From NCBI GenBank assembly GCA_949358305.1, contig OX442314.1, positions 27,156,001 to 27,220,000 on the forward strand: a stretch of 64,000 nucleotides of DNA, given 5' to 3'. This document shows, piece after piece, positions 11,888 through 22,835 of the stretch. The translations under genes and the position numbers were made by a program. The notes under the pieces were generated by a model. The model did no database searches. It was not told the DNA's origin and saw only the letters and a list, made by a program, of their open reading frames with translations. This DNA comes from Strigamia acuminata (Eukaryota). The first letter of the stretch is position 1; the number at the start of each line of letters is the position of its first letter.

Positions 11888-12199
11888 TGTAAACCTTATC
11901 ATATTACTAATCAGTTGATTGTATTTGTTATGTAAACAGTTCTTATTCATTGCATCTCTTAGTTTGTTTATATAACTGTTTATTATCTTGATTGTGTATT
12001 TTCCCACCAGATGGCTTTATTACACTTTTAATGTATTTTTGCCACTAGATGGCACTTCTTTCTAAAGTGATTAAAAGAGGGCTTCTTCTTTGGTTTTTCT
12101 CCATGCAAGGAGCACATGTATTCAGGTCTGGTTATTCACTTATTTAATGTTGTTTCTTTTTCTACTTTAATAGTCCAAATACACTGCAACTAGCTAACA
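11888..12199 (+). repeat. Copia 3' LTR
   Basis: Direct repeat of 5291-5604, followed by TSD CATGA. Confidence 0.97.
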
Positions 12200-15076
12200 C
12201 ATGAAACATACTGTTGCGATCCTCCGGGCTTTCCGCTCTAAAACAAATACTTACCTTGTTAAGAGCAGTTCGCAATTGAGATACCGTTTATAGGCCTTAT
12301 ACTCGGTTGCCTGTGTGGTGTCTAGGGGTAATTTTATGAAAGGAAAACGACAGTTTGAGTTGAATAAAATACAAATGAACTTTATTGGTGCAAAAATTAC
12401 AAATGTAATTATAGGAAATATAATTAATGAATTTACTAAAATTAGTGGTTAAAACTAGGGAGAAAAAGAGAAGAGGAGTGGGAAATGTGTCAAGTGAAAC
12501 GGTTACGCTCACTTGAAACAAAGGAAAAAGGCGCCAACAACGACGGTTGATCGTTGGGCACGAGTGTTTGGCGCGCAACAAACGGCTGCTTGTTGCGTTC
12601 GGAAAATGGCGAGTCGGACTCGCCTGAAAAATATTATTTCTCGATGAAAACGATGACCTTCTATTCGTAAGCTCCGGAGTAAAGCTCGCAGGTGGCTTAC
12701 GAATATCGGCGATGGTTCTCTACGAGAGATTTGCCGTTGATGACGACGATGAGAGTACCAGAGTAAACTCGATGGCGCTCTCACAATAATCAACAACGAG
12801 TGGGAACAAATTTCCTTCGCTCGTTCGATGGCGATGAACAGTGAACTCCGGAGTAAAGCTCGCAGGTGGTTCACTGTCTTCTCACGATGGTTGACGGCGA
12901 CGGGTTGCTCGATCGACGGAGGCGAATCACGGAACAAGTCAACGCGACTCGACGGCGGCGGGTGAGCTGGTTTTCTCGGGCGTTACCCGAAATTCGATGT
13001 CTGTACGCAAATGTGGCTGGTTCCACCGAATTTATTCAGTGGAAACAGCAATGTCTCTTAACTCACCAAAACGTGTAACCCGGTCAGCACTAGAATCCTT
13101 TTGTTTGAAGTTCGTAGCGATGATCGTGTGGGTGTTTGTTGTTGGTGTGTCAGTGTCAAGAGTGGGCCAAATCGCCAAAGGATTTTGTTGCGCCAAAAGC
13201 CGTTATTATTGCACCATAACCGTTGGCTATGGGAAGGGTGGCGTGTGCCAGGCACGCTTCAAATATGCGCAGCGGATGCTGCGCAGACGTCGTAATTTAG
13301 TGAAACAAAGGATTTTGTCTCACTAAGCGGTTAATTAACGCCTCACCCCACATAATATTGGGGTGAACCGTGTTAGGGGAGATTTTCTCCCCTAAATTAT
13401 GCAATTGTTTGGCGCATGCCAAACACAAATATTACCAAAATAAAATGCAAAATACACTTCTTTCGTGGTGACTCTTTTATTAAATAAAAACACATTAAAT
13501 TGAATAAAAGTGGCTCAGGGTCACCACAATACACAAAACGTACGCAATATTTTTCTTAAAAAAGGCACAAATTGATACGTACACGTTACGTATCGTAAAA
13601 AAGTGACACAAATCGCCATTTTTTTTTCGGAAAAACGGCAAAATATGCCTTTATTTCCGATTTTCGGAAAATATGCATTTATTTCCGATTTTCGGAAAAT
13701 ATGCATTTATAGCCGATTTTGGCTTTATATTGAATAAAAATATATTGCATGCATTTATGCATTTATCCGGTCTCTAGCTGATAATTTAACAAAGTCTGCT
13801 CAGTTTAGGTTAAACTGAACGCATGAAACGACTTAGGTAGTTGCAATTATTACTTGTAGGAACTTTTTTTTAACAATTGCTACGTATTTAGGTTATAATT
13901 TAAACAATTCCGCCCATCTTACCAATAATTACATAGTCAGATTTTTGTTGGGCCCTCAATAATTGTGTGATTATGATTATTGCAATAATCAAATAATCAC
14001 AATAATCGCTCATTTAATGAAACCCTTTATTATAATAAATCTTAATTGAAGTACACAACATTTCTCTCCTACTTCAATTTAATCATAAACGAGTCACACA
14101 AATTCTTTAAAATATGCTCAATAAACTTTAAATAAATTCCTGAATAAACACTTTAAATTTAAATCTTTAAATTTCTATTGATTTCCCTCTTCGCTTCTAT
14201 TCTGGTTTCTTTTCTCGTCGTTCCATCATTCTTCTGATCTGGACTTGAGCTCTAGAATCAGATGTCATTGGTTCTTGCCTTCGTTGCGCTTACCCTGTCA
14301 CGACTGGGGCAAAGCCAATCATGTCTGCTACTCGTACGCCTTGCTTCGGGATTCTTTTAACTGCTTTTTGTTTGTAATTTACTGACACAATATCTTCATC
14401 GCCTTCTTCCTTCTCCAATGAAGAATCCTTGTAATTGGGGGCTACATTTTGAGTGACTCGAGCTCTCGAAAAGAACGGTGATAATGGATGATCAACCACT
14501 TGCAATCTGCAATCTGTGGGTTCTTGTTGGTTAATGAAAACCAACTGATAAATAATATAAAGTTTCCTTTTGGACACAAATACTGCTAGATCTTTACTTG
14601 ACCAAAAACAAGCAGCAACTGTACAATCGTTATGTTTTGATTAAAAAAGTAAACTAATACAACAAAAGAACATTACTATACTGACACACATGACATAACA
14701 CACTAATATAAAGACCCTTCAAATGACACAAACTCAACACTAAGATACAGTGACAAACAAATATTATATAAAATATTATAAATGATAAAATTCAAATCTT
14801 ACAGCTGGACTTTGGTGTTTTTGTTGTTTGGTGTCTGATACCATCCTACCAAAATGGGTGCAATTTTGAATCTTGTTTAAGGTGCTGAAATTTCTTGAGC
14901 CAGCACTGCGCAGATTAAATTGGCGTAATGCAAAACCTTTTGTTTTGCTTCCGAAATCCGCACAGTATTGAGAATCCCATCTAATTTTTCCGCTCATTTT
15001 AAAATTTAGTAATAAATCCTCGCGCAAAGCAAACCGCTGAGAAATTACCGTACAGAACAAGAAAAAAAAATGACAT

Positions 15077-15161
15077 TAGCTACATTCAATCAATGGGAAT
15101 GACGTCACGTACAAACACCAAACGAGTTTTGCATACGTTTTAGAGTTTTTGAATGCAGCTA
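15077..15161. mobile_element. ~85-bp mini-MITE; second, inverted copy at ~18152-18234
   Basis: Terminal inverted repeat TAGCTACATTCAA / TTGAATGCAGCTA; the core AACGAGTTTTGCATACGTTTTAGAGTTTTTGAATGCA recurs as reverse complement at 18152. Confidence 0.6.
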
Positions 15162-15295
15162 CTGGTAGTATCTTATCAGCAAGGTTCAAAAAGCAAAAAA
15201 TTCAGCCAAAAATGATGTAATTTTGTAATGCTTCTTGGCGCCACAGTCTACTTGACAGTTATAAGTTAAATCTGGTTTAGAAAGGTTGTACTTAC

Positions 15296-15501
15296 GTATG
15301 AATTTCTCCATATTTCTCTTTGAGTTTGGTTAGTGCAAGATGCGGTTTGCTGCCAAGGAATGGCAAATATCCCAAGACTGGTATTCCTTTAGGTCCAGGT
15401 GGCAAATTTTTCGGAGATTTCATGTATTTTAAAGTTAGCCAGAATACAATCGCGACGATTGCAAATACGAATGCATTCAGAGGAAGGTCATAAGGAATCA
15501 T
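15296..15501 (-). CDS. First coding exon of a second, paralogous cytochrome P450; no downstream exon found in window
   Basis: [50 protein letters not shown] (membrane anchor and PPGP hinge). Same 206-nt length and GTAAG donor as 21716-21921; flanks ~15165-15770 duplicate ~21570-22170. Confidence 0.85.
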
Positions 15502-15993
15502 GTTTTTCCCCTCAGTATTTTTCACTGCAGAAATTGTGAAGTATAAAATTGCTTTAAGCTACAGTATGTACCGTACTGTAGATAATTTGGCACGATTAAA
15601 GTTAATAGAAATTGATATCAATTAAAATCTGAAAAATACGGTATCCGAAAGGGGACATTTACATGTACCTTCTTTTATGACATGGAATTGATAATTTAAA
15701 TTTTCGGTAAATATTTGTTTTTTTTTAGTGATTTGACAATAAAAGTGAATCATTGCTCCAGGATGCATGCGATTAGTATTTATTTTTATTTTGTGTATAC
15801 AAATTAAGTTGAAATTAGAGTTACGTCATAAGTAGTTTTCTTTTTTTAGACCAGACATTCGTGGGTCTAGAGGGGTGCCCCGTTTAAAGGGACAATTTTT
15901 TTTTAGACACAAATGATCTATTGATGCATTTACTAATGGGTTAGGACAGATTAGGTAAAATCATTTTATTTTTTGGTTGATGATTTTTAGACG

Positions 15994-18900
15994 TTAACGT
16001 TTTGTTGCACAAATACTTTGAAGAACAGGGGTTAAGACAATTGAAAAATAATATTCCAACGATACTGTCGTTTTGGAAGTGAATGAAAATTGTTGTAACA
16101 GAGTTGTAAAATAAAGAAACATTTGCATTCGGGCCAGTGCCTCGCCAATGCATTGCCGCTTACCTAATGTGAATAAAAATACTGGTTAGTGAAAATTTAA
16201 CTGAAATTCGGAAGCAACATTTGTTTACCTATGGAAAAAGGAATCAACTCTTCCACGTGTTTGACTTGATAATCCTCAGTAAGAAAGCGTTCTGGTTTGA
16301 AAAGTTCAGGTTCTGGAAACAAGTTTGGATCGTTATGAACTGCATATGCATTGCCATATATGGTTGTCTTCTTTGGAATGAAATAACCAGCTAGGGTTGC
16401 ATCTTCACTTGAACTGAAAATTAATGCAGAATTACATAAAGTCTTTGTATGATGTTGTAAGCTACTACTCACGTGTGAGGAACAATTAAAGGTGTAAGTG
16501 AGGCCATCCTGCTTATTTCCAGTAAGGTCGCTTCTGTATACGGCATTAACTTTTGGTCTGACATTGTTGGTTGTCTATCCTTTCCAATCACTTCGTTAAT
16601 TTCCATTTGCACTTTTGCTTGCACGTGAGGGTATTTTACCATATACAGAAGAGCCCATTCCAAAGTCGTGCTTGTTGTGTCACTACCAGCAATAAACAAT
16701 TCGCTCAATATTTTTGCCAGTTTCTTTTCTAGGAATGATAAGAGATGAATAATTAGTCAGCGGTAGAAAAGTCCAAAAATGCCCGAATAATTGGTTAATA
16801 ATTTTTCAAAATGATTTGTTTATTTGCTTTTGTTGTTTCTCTTCAGAGTGGAAGAAAAGTCTGTCACTCTACTATAAATATTTGTGAAAGTGCTGACAAT
16901 GCATCTAGTCTAATGACGGTAAAGTATTAAAGTTAGGTGGGGCAATTTTTTGGTGACCCAAAATTTGACCTCGGGTTGTTCCTTCAAGGTCATTGGAAAA
17001 TTATCTTGGAAACCTCAAATCTTTTGTACTAAATTTTTTTAAGAAAATCACAATTTCCTAAAGGCTAACCTATGGAAAATGTCCTAAAGTGCAAAAACGT
17101 GCTGATTAGATGTAAAATGTAAAAATGACCTAAAAATGAATTTCCCTGGTTGGAATTTGCATATCTGGCACCATTGCAGAGATGTGGGCAGAAAACTGAG
17201 GTTTTGACGACTTTTTCTTTCCTAAAACTCAGTTTTCTGCCTATAACTCTGCAACGGTGCCAGATATGTAAAGTCTAACCGGGAGAATCAATTTTTTAGG
17301 TCATTTTACGTCTAATCCGCACGTTTTGACACTTTTTCAATTTTGGCCATTTTTCCATTAGCTTTTGACTTATGTCTACTTTAGGAGATTGCGATTTTCT
17401 CAAAAAATTTGAGGACAAAAGATTTGAGGAGTAGTCATTTTTATACTAAATTAATGTTGCTCTACAAGTTTACAATTGGAAATTTCTGTCTATCTCTAAT
17501 GGTTTCCAAGATAATTTTCCAACTACCTTGAAGAAAGGGTCCGAGGTCAAATTTTGGGTCACCAAAAAATTGCCCCACCCAACTTTAATACTTTACTATC
17601 ATTAGATTAGATGCGTTGTCAACGCTTTCAGAAATATTAGTAGAGTGACAGACTTTTCTTCCACTCTGTATACTCAAACCCATTTCAAGGTTGGCCTAAC
17701 TCCCATTGGCCGAGCCATTTCTCTAAGTAGATCAAAACTTTAGAATTGCATTAGATGCACAGACATTGTAATCAATTACCTATTGCTAGGAAATTGTTTG
17801 CTCTCCTGACAAAGCAACAAATAAACTAAACAAAAATATAAGTTGAAATGAAAACAACATAAAACTTTATCTAACATATGAAAAACACATTTTATTAAAA
17901 AATACAAACAAAATTACACCATTTTCATAATTAGAAGACCAGAGACAATAAAAAAAAGCACTGAACTATTTTTTTTTGCGGTAGTGCACAGTCTCAAGCT
18001 AGGCTTAATAAGGTTTGGCCAATGGGAGTTAGGCCAACCTTGAAGTGGGTTTGAGTATAGTTCCATAACTTTTTGTTGGAATAAGATGGCAGAGATTTTA
18101 ACAAATAACAATTTCGGCATACTTAAACAATACAACACTGACAAATGACAGTAGGTGCATTCAAAAACTCTAAAACGTATGCAAAACTCGTTTTGGACTG
18201 CACGTATTTAGTCGATTCTTTGAATGAATAGCTTAATTTATTAATATACTCAAAACCACCCCAACGTTGATCTATTTCAGCCGGTTTACGCCTAACTGTG
18301 TACTGTGTTCTACTACGCGGAAAAGTAGTTCTGTGTCAGAGCATCACCTTTGACAATGTTGTTAATCGATCGCAATGTCTGGAGTTCGAGTACAATTCTG
18401 GTGTTTTGAGCTACTTTTTTGTGTCCCTACACCAGTGAAATAGATCAATGTTGGGGTGGTTTTGAGTATAGTCTGCATTTGTTTACCATTAAAATTGGCT
18501 GGATTTGTATTCGGTTTCTCAGTTTCAGTTCTCCAAACATCAATAAAACTTTGTTGGTTGTTTATGCCTTCGTGAATTTTATCGTATTTTTTAACTTCAT
18601 CTAGGATCTTTCTGTACAGCAAAGCTCCTTTAACTCTGTACAAGTAAATGAAAAATGTCTTTAAAGTGCACTTAAGTTCAATGGCGTTTGGTACTGACGT
18701 CGGTTTTGTGATTCCAAGAACTTTGACTATCCAGTCTGGCAGAAATTCCGACCATTGGTCTATTCCTACCGAAACTACAAAATCGTTTGATAACTTTAAG
18801 AGTTGTTGAAAGTCTTTATTCTCGTAGTCCATTCTTTCTCCATACATGATTGTGCAAATTATATTAGTAATGCTTGTTCTAAGCATTTCTCGGAAGTAAG

Positions 18901-21900
18901 ATGGTTTTCCGTCCAAGGTTTTAATATTGTTTATTAAAAATTGTATTTCATCCTAATGAAATAAAAAAACTGTTGCAATTAATAGGATAATCAACTTGGC
19001 TTTTGGTATTGCATTAGTATTTAGTATACTTGAATTTTTGGTTCCAAACTTGCTTTACCCATTCCAAAGTTTCGAAGAGCAGTTAATGAGAACCGACGTA
19101 ATTCGTTTCGAGGAGCACCACCACTTCCGAAAATACCTAGAAAAAATTTAATTCACGAGTAAAAATCATATTAAAAGATTAATAATAGGTTCCATTTATT
19201 TGTACACTATTTTCCCTTATTTTTACACTAAAAAAAATAAATTTTGTTTATATTTGTTAATATTTTGTTTATTTTTTTACACTAAAAAATAAATTTTTAA
19301 ACTAGATTTTAATACAGTTTACATTCTTATTGCGCTAAATTATTGCACTTAGAGAGCTTTCTTTGACTTAGATGGTCGACCCCGCTTTCTTTTTACTACC
19401 TAACCTAACCTATCCTAACCTAAACTAACCTAAACCAGTTCTTGTTGTGTATGAATTTCTCAAAAAAACCGCAAAAAAAACGCATAAAAACTCTAGATTT
19501 TGGACAACTTAAACACAAATTTCCGATGTGGATAGGATTAATTTTACTTTTACAATAATTCCGAAGTTTAGTGTAGAAATAAGGGAAAATAGTGTTGGTA
19601 TTCAGAAGTTTAGTGTAAAAGTCAGGGATTTTTAGTGTAAAAATAAGAAAAATAGTGTAAAACTAATATAATCCTATACTATCCGCACCCATGTGTACTG
19701 ACTTGTGAGCCGCATGTATTAAAAAATACATGTGGCTCAGTACATGTGAATGTTAAAAAAAAATAAAATGGTGAAATTCAAACCTTAAAATATGCTTCTA
19801 ATCAAAACAAATAAATGTGGCTTAAAGAACAAAAATTGGGCTTTATTTAAAAAAAAATGAATTTTTAAGTGAGTTTAGTACTACATTCAAAAAATCACAA
19901 AAAAAAACGGGTTTCTTCAGAAAATCATTGTTTATATGAACAATGCATTTCAATATTTTGTTGGATAACCAAAATTTTGTATGTGATTGTGCAGGCCAAA
20001 TCAAAACCTAAATGTGATGGGTTTGGAACACTGAGCAATTGACTTGACTTTATGCTTAGAATCATTTTTCTGCATGCTGAAATATCCATGTCAAAGGTGG
20101 TTCATCATCTGCAAATGGAAGCATAACAATTCTCCAATGCTTTTTTATAAGTGTATTGGTCCATGATAACCTTAATTTAATGTTGTAGACCGATTCCCAT
20201 ACAGGAAACCATCCCCAAGCCATTTTACTATTGGGATGGTTTTTCCGTATGGGTATCGGCCCACACTGTACATACGAATATATATATTTCAGTACTGCAT
20301 ATTCATTTTGATTTAATACATACCGTCTTGCGAGTCAAATTTCATGAGAACAGAATAGTTGTGAGGTCTTTCTGTATAGTTGTCACTTTGTTGAAACACT
20401 TCTTTGATCAGTTTAAACGATGACAAAACTACAACACGTTCATTTGCAATGTTGATTCTGAAAACAGGTTATTATATCTGTGGGAATCAGTAGAATTTGT
20501 GGGAATCGGTAGAATCTGTGGGAATCAGTAGAATCTGTCGGAATCGGTAGAACCTGTGGGAATCAGTAGAATCTGTGGGAATCTTTGGAAATCAGGAATC
20601 TCGTACACATTTTTCACCTATGTTGTACCTCCCGGGTTGTACAGATAGCGCTGGTCGCTCATTTACAAACTCCAGGCGCTTCAGGAATTCCTGTGCTGAT
20701 TTCATGACCAGGAATGACTAATGCATCAATGGATGTACTACATTTTAGCGACACACCATTTTAGCGACACAAAACGGCACTAATACTAACACTAATATTA
20801 ACCTAACCATATAGTTTAGGTTTAATTCCTAGGAAGGGCTAACAAGCGAACCTAACCTTGCTGGTTTTTTGGTGCAAACCAATTTTTTGAGCCGATTTGT
20901 CGTGGTAAATCGTGTCGCTAAAACGGGATCGCTAATATGGGACTTTTTGGGTAAAAACCGCTAAAATGAGCGTCACTAAAATGATTATAACCGGCGTCAA
21001 TAGTTTGAATAGTGTTACAATTTTGAATTAATCGTCTTTGTGGGTATTAGTTTGATTTGTTTCGCTTTGTTTTGCTTTGTATGATCCAGTTAAGGTGAGG
21101 TAAGCTCAATCTGAGCAGGGGACTTGCCTTCCTGCAATAATTGTTCCGTTAGAGATGCTTACCGTAGTCATTTCTGGCCGCAAAGATTCCTGTAGCACCT
21201 GCAGTTTGTAAATATGCGCACTGGGCACGAGACTCTTAAACGGTAAATGACGTAAGACAAAAATTGTGTTGGGTCTCTTACGTAATTTTTACCCTAATAC
21301 GGGAGTAGTACAGAAAAATATAATTTATCCCACTTCTAATACATATTTATTTATTGACATTATCTCACTAGAAGGCACCACCAGTTTTTCAGTGTTATGA
21401 TGTCACTACCAAACAGGAGTGTGCCCTGACGAGTGGTAAACATAAGACTAATGTAAATTAAACGGTTCATCTGTTTTGCTTCAACTGGTTAGTAATTTAA
21501 TTTGGACCCTGTATTCTGTCTGCTCACATCGAATTACAGTAATGAATACCAAACTACATAAAAAAAACTTCAGTATCATATCAGCAAGGCCAAACTTCAT
21601 ATGGTTCAAAAGGCAAACAATTCAGCCAAAAGTGATGTAATTTTGTAATGCTTCTTGGCGCCACATTCTACTAGACAGTTTTAGGTTAAATCTGGTTTAA
21701 AAAGGTTATACTTACGTATAAATTTCTCCGTATTTCTCTTTAAGTTTGGTTAGCACAAGATGAGGTTTTCTGCCAAGAAATGGCAAATATCCCAAGACTG
21801 GTATTCCATAAGGTCCAGGTGGCAAATTTTTCGGTGATTTCATGTATTTTAAAGTTAGCCAGAATACAATTGCGACGATTGCAAGTACGAATGGATTTAG

Positions 21901-21921
21901 AGGAAGGTCAAAAGGAATCAT
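15994..21921 (-). CDS. Cytochrome P450, CYP2 clan, 8 coding exons, 486 aa
   Basis: Exons 21921-21716, 20457-20324, 19136-19030, 18952-18699, 18635-18487, 16728-16473, 16413-16229, 16163-15994. All GT-AG with consistent phases (1461 nt). Motifs: [36 protein letters not shown]. Probable 5' UTR intron 22072-21945; AATAAA at ~15790-15785. Confidence 0.93.
16844..17668. mobile_element. Foldback-type MITE (Tc1/mariner-like ends) in P450 intron 5
   Basis: CAGAGTGGAAGAAAAGTCTGTCACTCTACTA is inverted at the far end; arms stay complementary for several hundred bp to a centre near 17200-17230. TA on the right flank only. Confidence 0.88.
17671..18057. mobile_element. MITE with ~40-bp TIRs and TA TSD
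   Basis: TA|TACTCAAACCCATTTCAAGGTTGGCCTAACTCCCATTGGCC ... GGCCAATGGGAGTTAGGCCAACCTTGAAGTGGGTTTGAGTA|TA. Confidence 0.88.
18247..18468. mobile_element. MITE with TACTCAAA termini and TA TSD
   Basis: TA|TACTCAAAACCACCCCAACGTTGATCTATTTCA ... TGAAATAGATCAATGTTGGGGTGGTTTTGAGTA|TA. Confidence 0.88.
19185..19676. mobile_element. Degenerate MITE-like element with TTTACACTA subterminal repeats and a (TAACC)n core
   Basis: Inverted ends ATAGG..TACACTATTTT / AAAATAGTGTA..CCTAT. Confidence 0.5.
20186..20268. repeat. Short imperfect inverted repeat (hairpin or mini-MITE)
   Basis: CCGATTCCCATACAGGAAACCATCCC ... GGGATGGTTTTTCCGTATGGGTATCGG. Confidence 0.6.
20477..20584. repeat. 19-bp minisatellite, ~5-6 copies, next to the P450 exon 2 acceptor
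   Basis: TCTGTGGGAATC(A/G)GTAGAA units. Confidence 0.85.
20731..20992. mobile_element. Mutator-like MITE
   Basis: GG..CC ends, subterminal CATTTTAGCGAC / GTCGCTAAAA repeats, degenerate 9-bp TSD (TGCATCAAT/GGCGTCAAT). Confidence 0.6.
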
Positions 21922-22835
21922 GTTTTTTTCCCCAGTATTTTTCACTGCAGAAATTGCAAAGTATAAAAATTGCTACAGTATGTACTAATAGATAATTTGG
22001 CGAGATAAAGTTAAATAGAAATTGATATCAATTTAAATGTGATTAATACGGTATCCGAAAGGTGACATCTACCTTCTTTTATGACACGGCATTCGATGAT
22101 TTTAATATTCGTTAAATATTCGTTTTTCGGTGATTTGACAATAAAAGTGAATCATGGTTTCAGGAAGCATGCTTTTTTTCTCCAGTACTTTACAATGCAG
22201 TACAGAAGTACAGAAATTGCTTCCATACTTAAATAGGAACGAGTTTCAATTTGATGGCTACGGTATTCGGAAGGTAACATCCACATTTTATAACATTTTG
22301 CTATTCGATGATTTTAATATTCGGTAAATATTTGGTATTCTGTGATTCTAATTTGTAAATAATTGGTTATTAGTGATTTTGGTATTTGGTCCATCTATTA
22401 ATATTGAGTACTACCAGAGAACGCCTCCCATGCAACACGTGTAACTTTATCTTATCTATGTATATCTAATGTGTTCTCTGGCTGAGTTTGTCTACGTCGT
22501 ACCAATACTTTGGGGGATCACCACTTGAGATAGCGTTATATTCATTAGTGCAGCTACTTGTCGCTAGTTTTCGAGCGCCTGTAGTTTTTAGGTTTGAAGC
22601 AGTTTGTTATAAAGAACGAGACGCGTGGTTAGGTTTAACATGAATGACTGATTTATTTAATCCATAACACATGATATATACAAGTACAAAAGTGGTGCGC
22701 TCAACCCTGATTGGTTCGCGCCAAGTACGTCATCTGGACGTTGTGGGCGCACAGGTGAACGTTCACCTGGCGTGAAGACAAGACACTCAAATACAACACT
22801 TCCCCTGAGTGCTTGTCTCCGCACATCCCAAAAAA

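Larger units (their letters stand above)
5291..12199 (+). mobile_element. Ty1/Copia LTR retrotransposon with MBD-like domain (full-length, inactivated)
   Basis: LTRs 5291-5604 and 11888-12199 (TG..CA; 3 substitutions and a 2-bp indel seen), 5-bp TSD CATGA, PBS GGTTATGGGCC, PPT before 11888, domain order gag-PR-IN-RT-RH. Confidence 0.97.
4995..13776. mobile_element. Non-autonomous DNA transposon with hAT-like termini (~1.9 kb without the nested Copia)
   Basis: 13-bp perfect TIR TAGAGACCGGATA / TATCCGGTCTCTA and subterminal ATGCA-rich repeats at both ends. TSD is only degenerate (AGGTGATT vs AGCTGATA). No transposase ORF seen. Confidence 0.65.

Noticed and set aside
13345..13396. Two adjacent hairpins (CACCCCA..TGGGGTG; TTAGGGGAG..CTCCCCTAA) as a Helitron end
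   Set aside because: No CTRR 3' terminus at the expected spacing and no matching 5' end.
14170..14577. Possible exon with a GTAAGC donor downstream of the second P450 exon 1
   Set aside because: No similarity to P450 exon 2 and no recognisable protein.
18362..18486. ORF-track extension of the P450 exon beyond NFNG
   Set aside because: Read-through past the GTAAAC donor into intron and MITE sequence.
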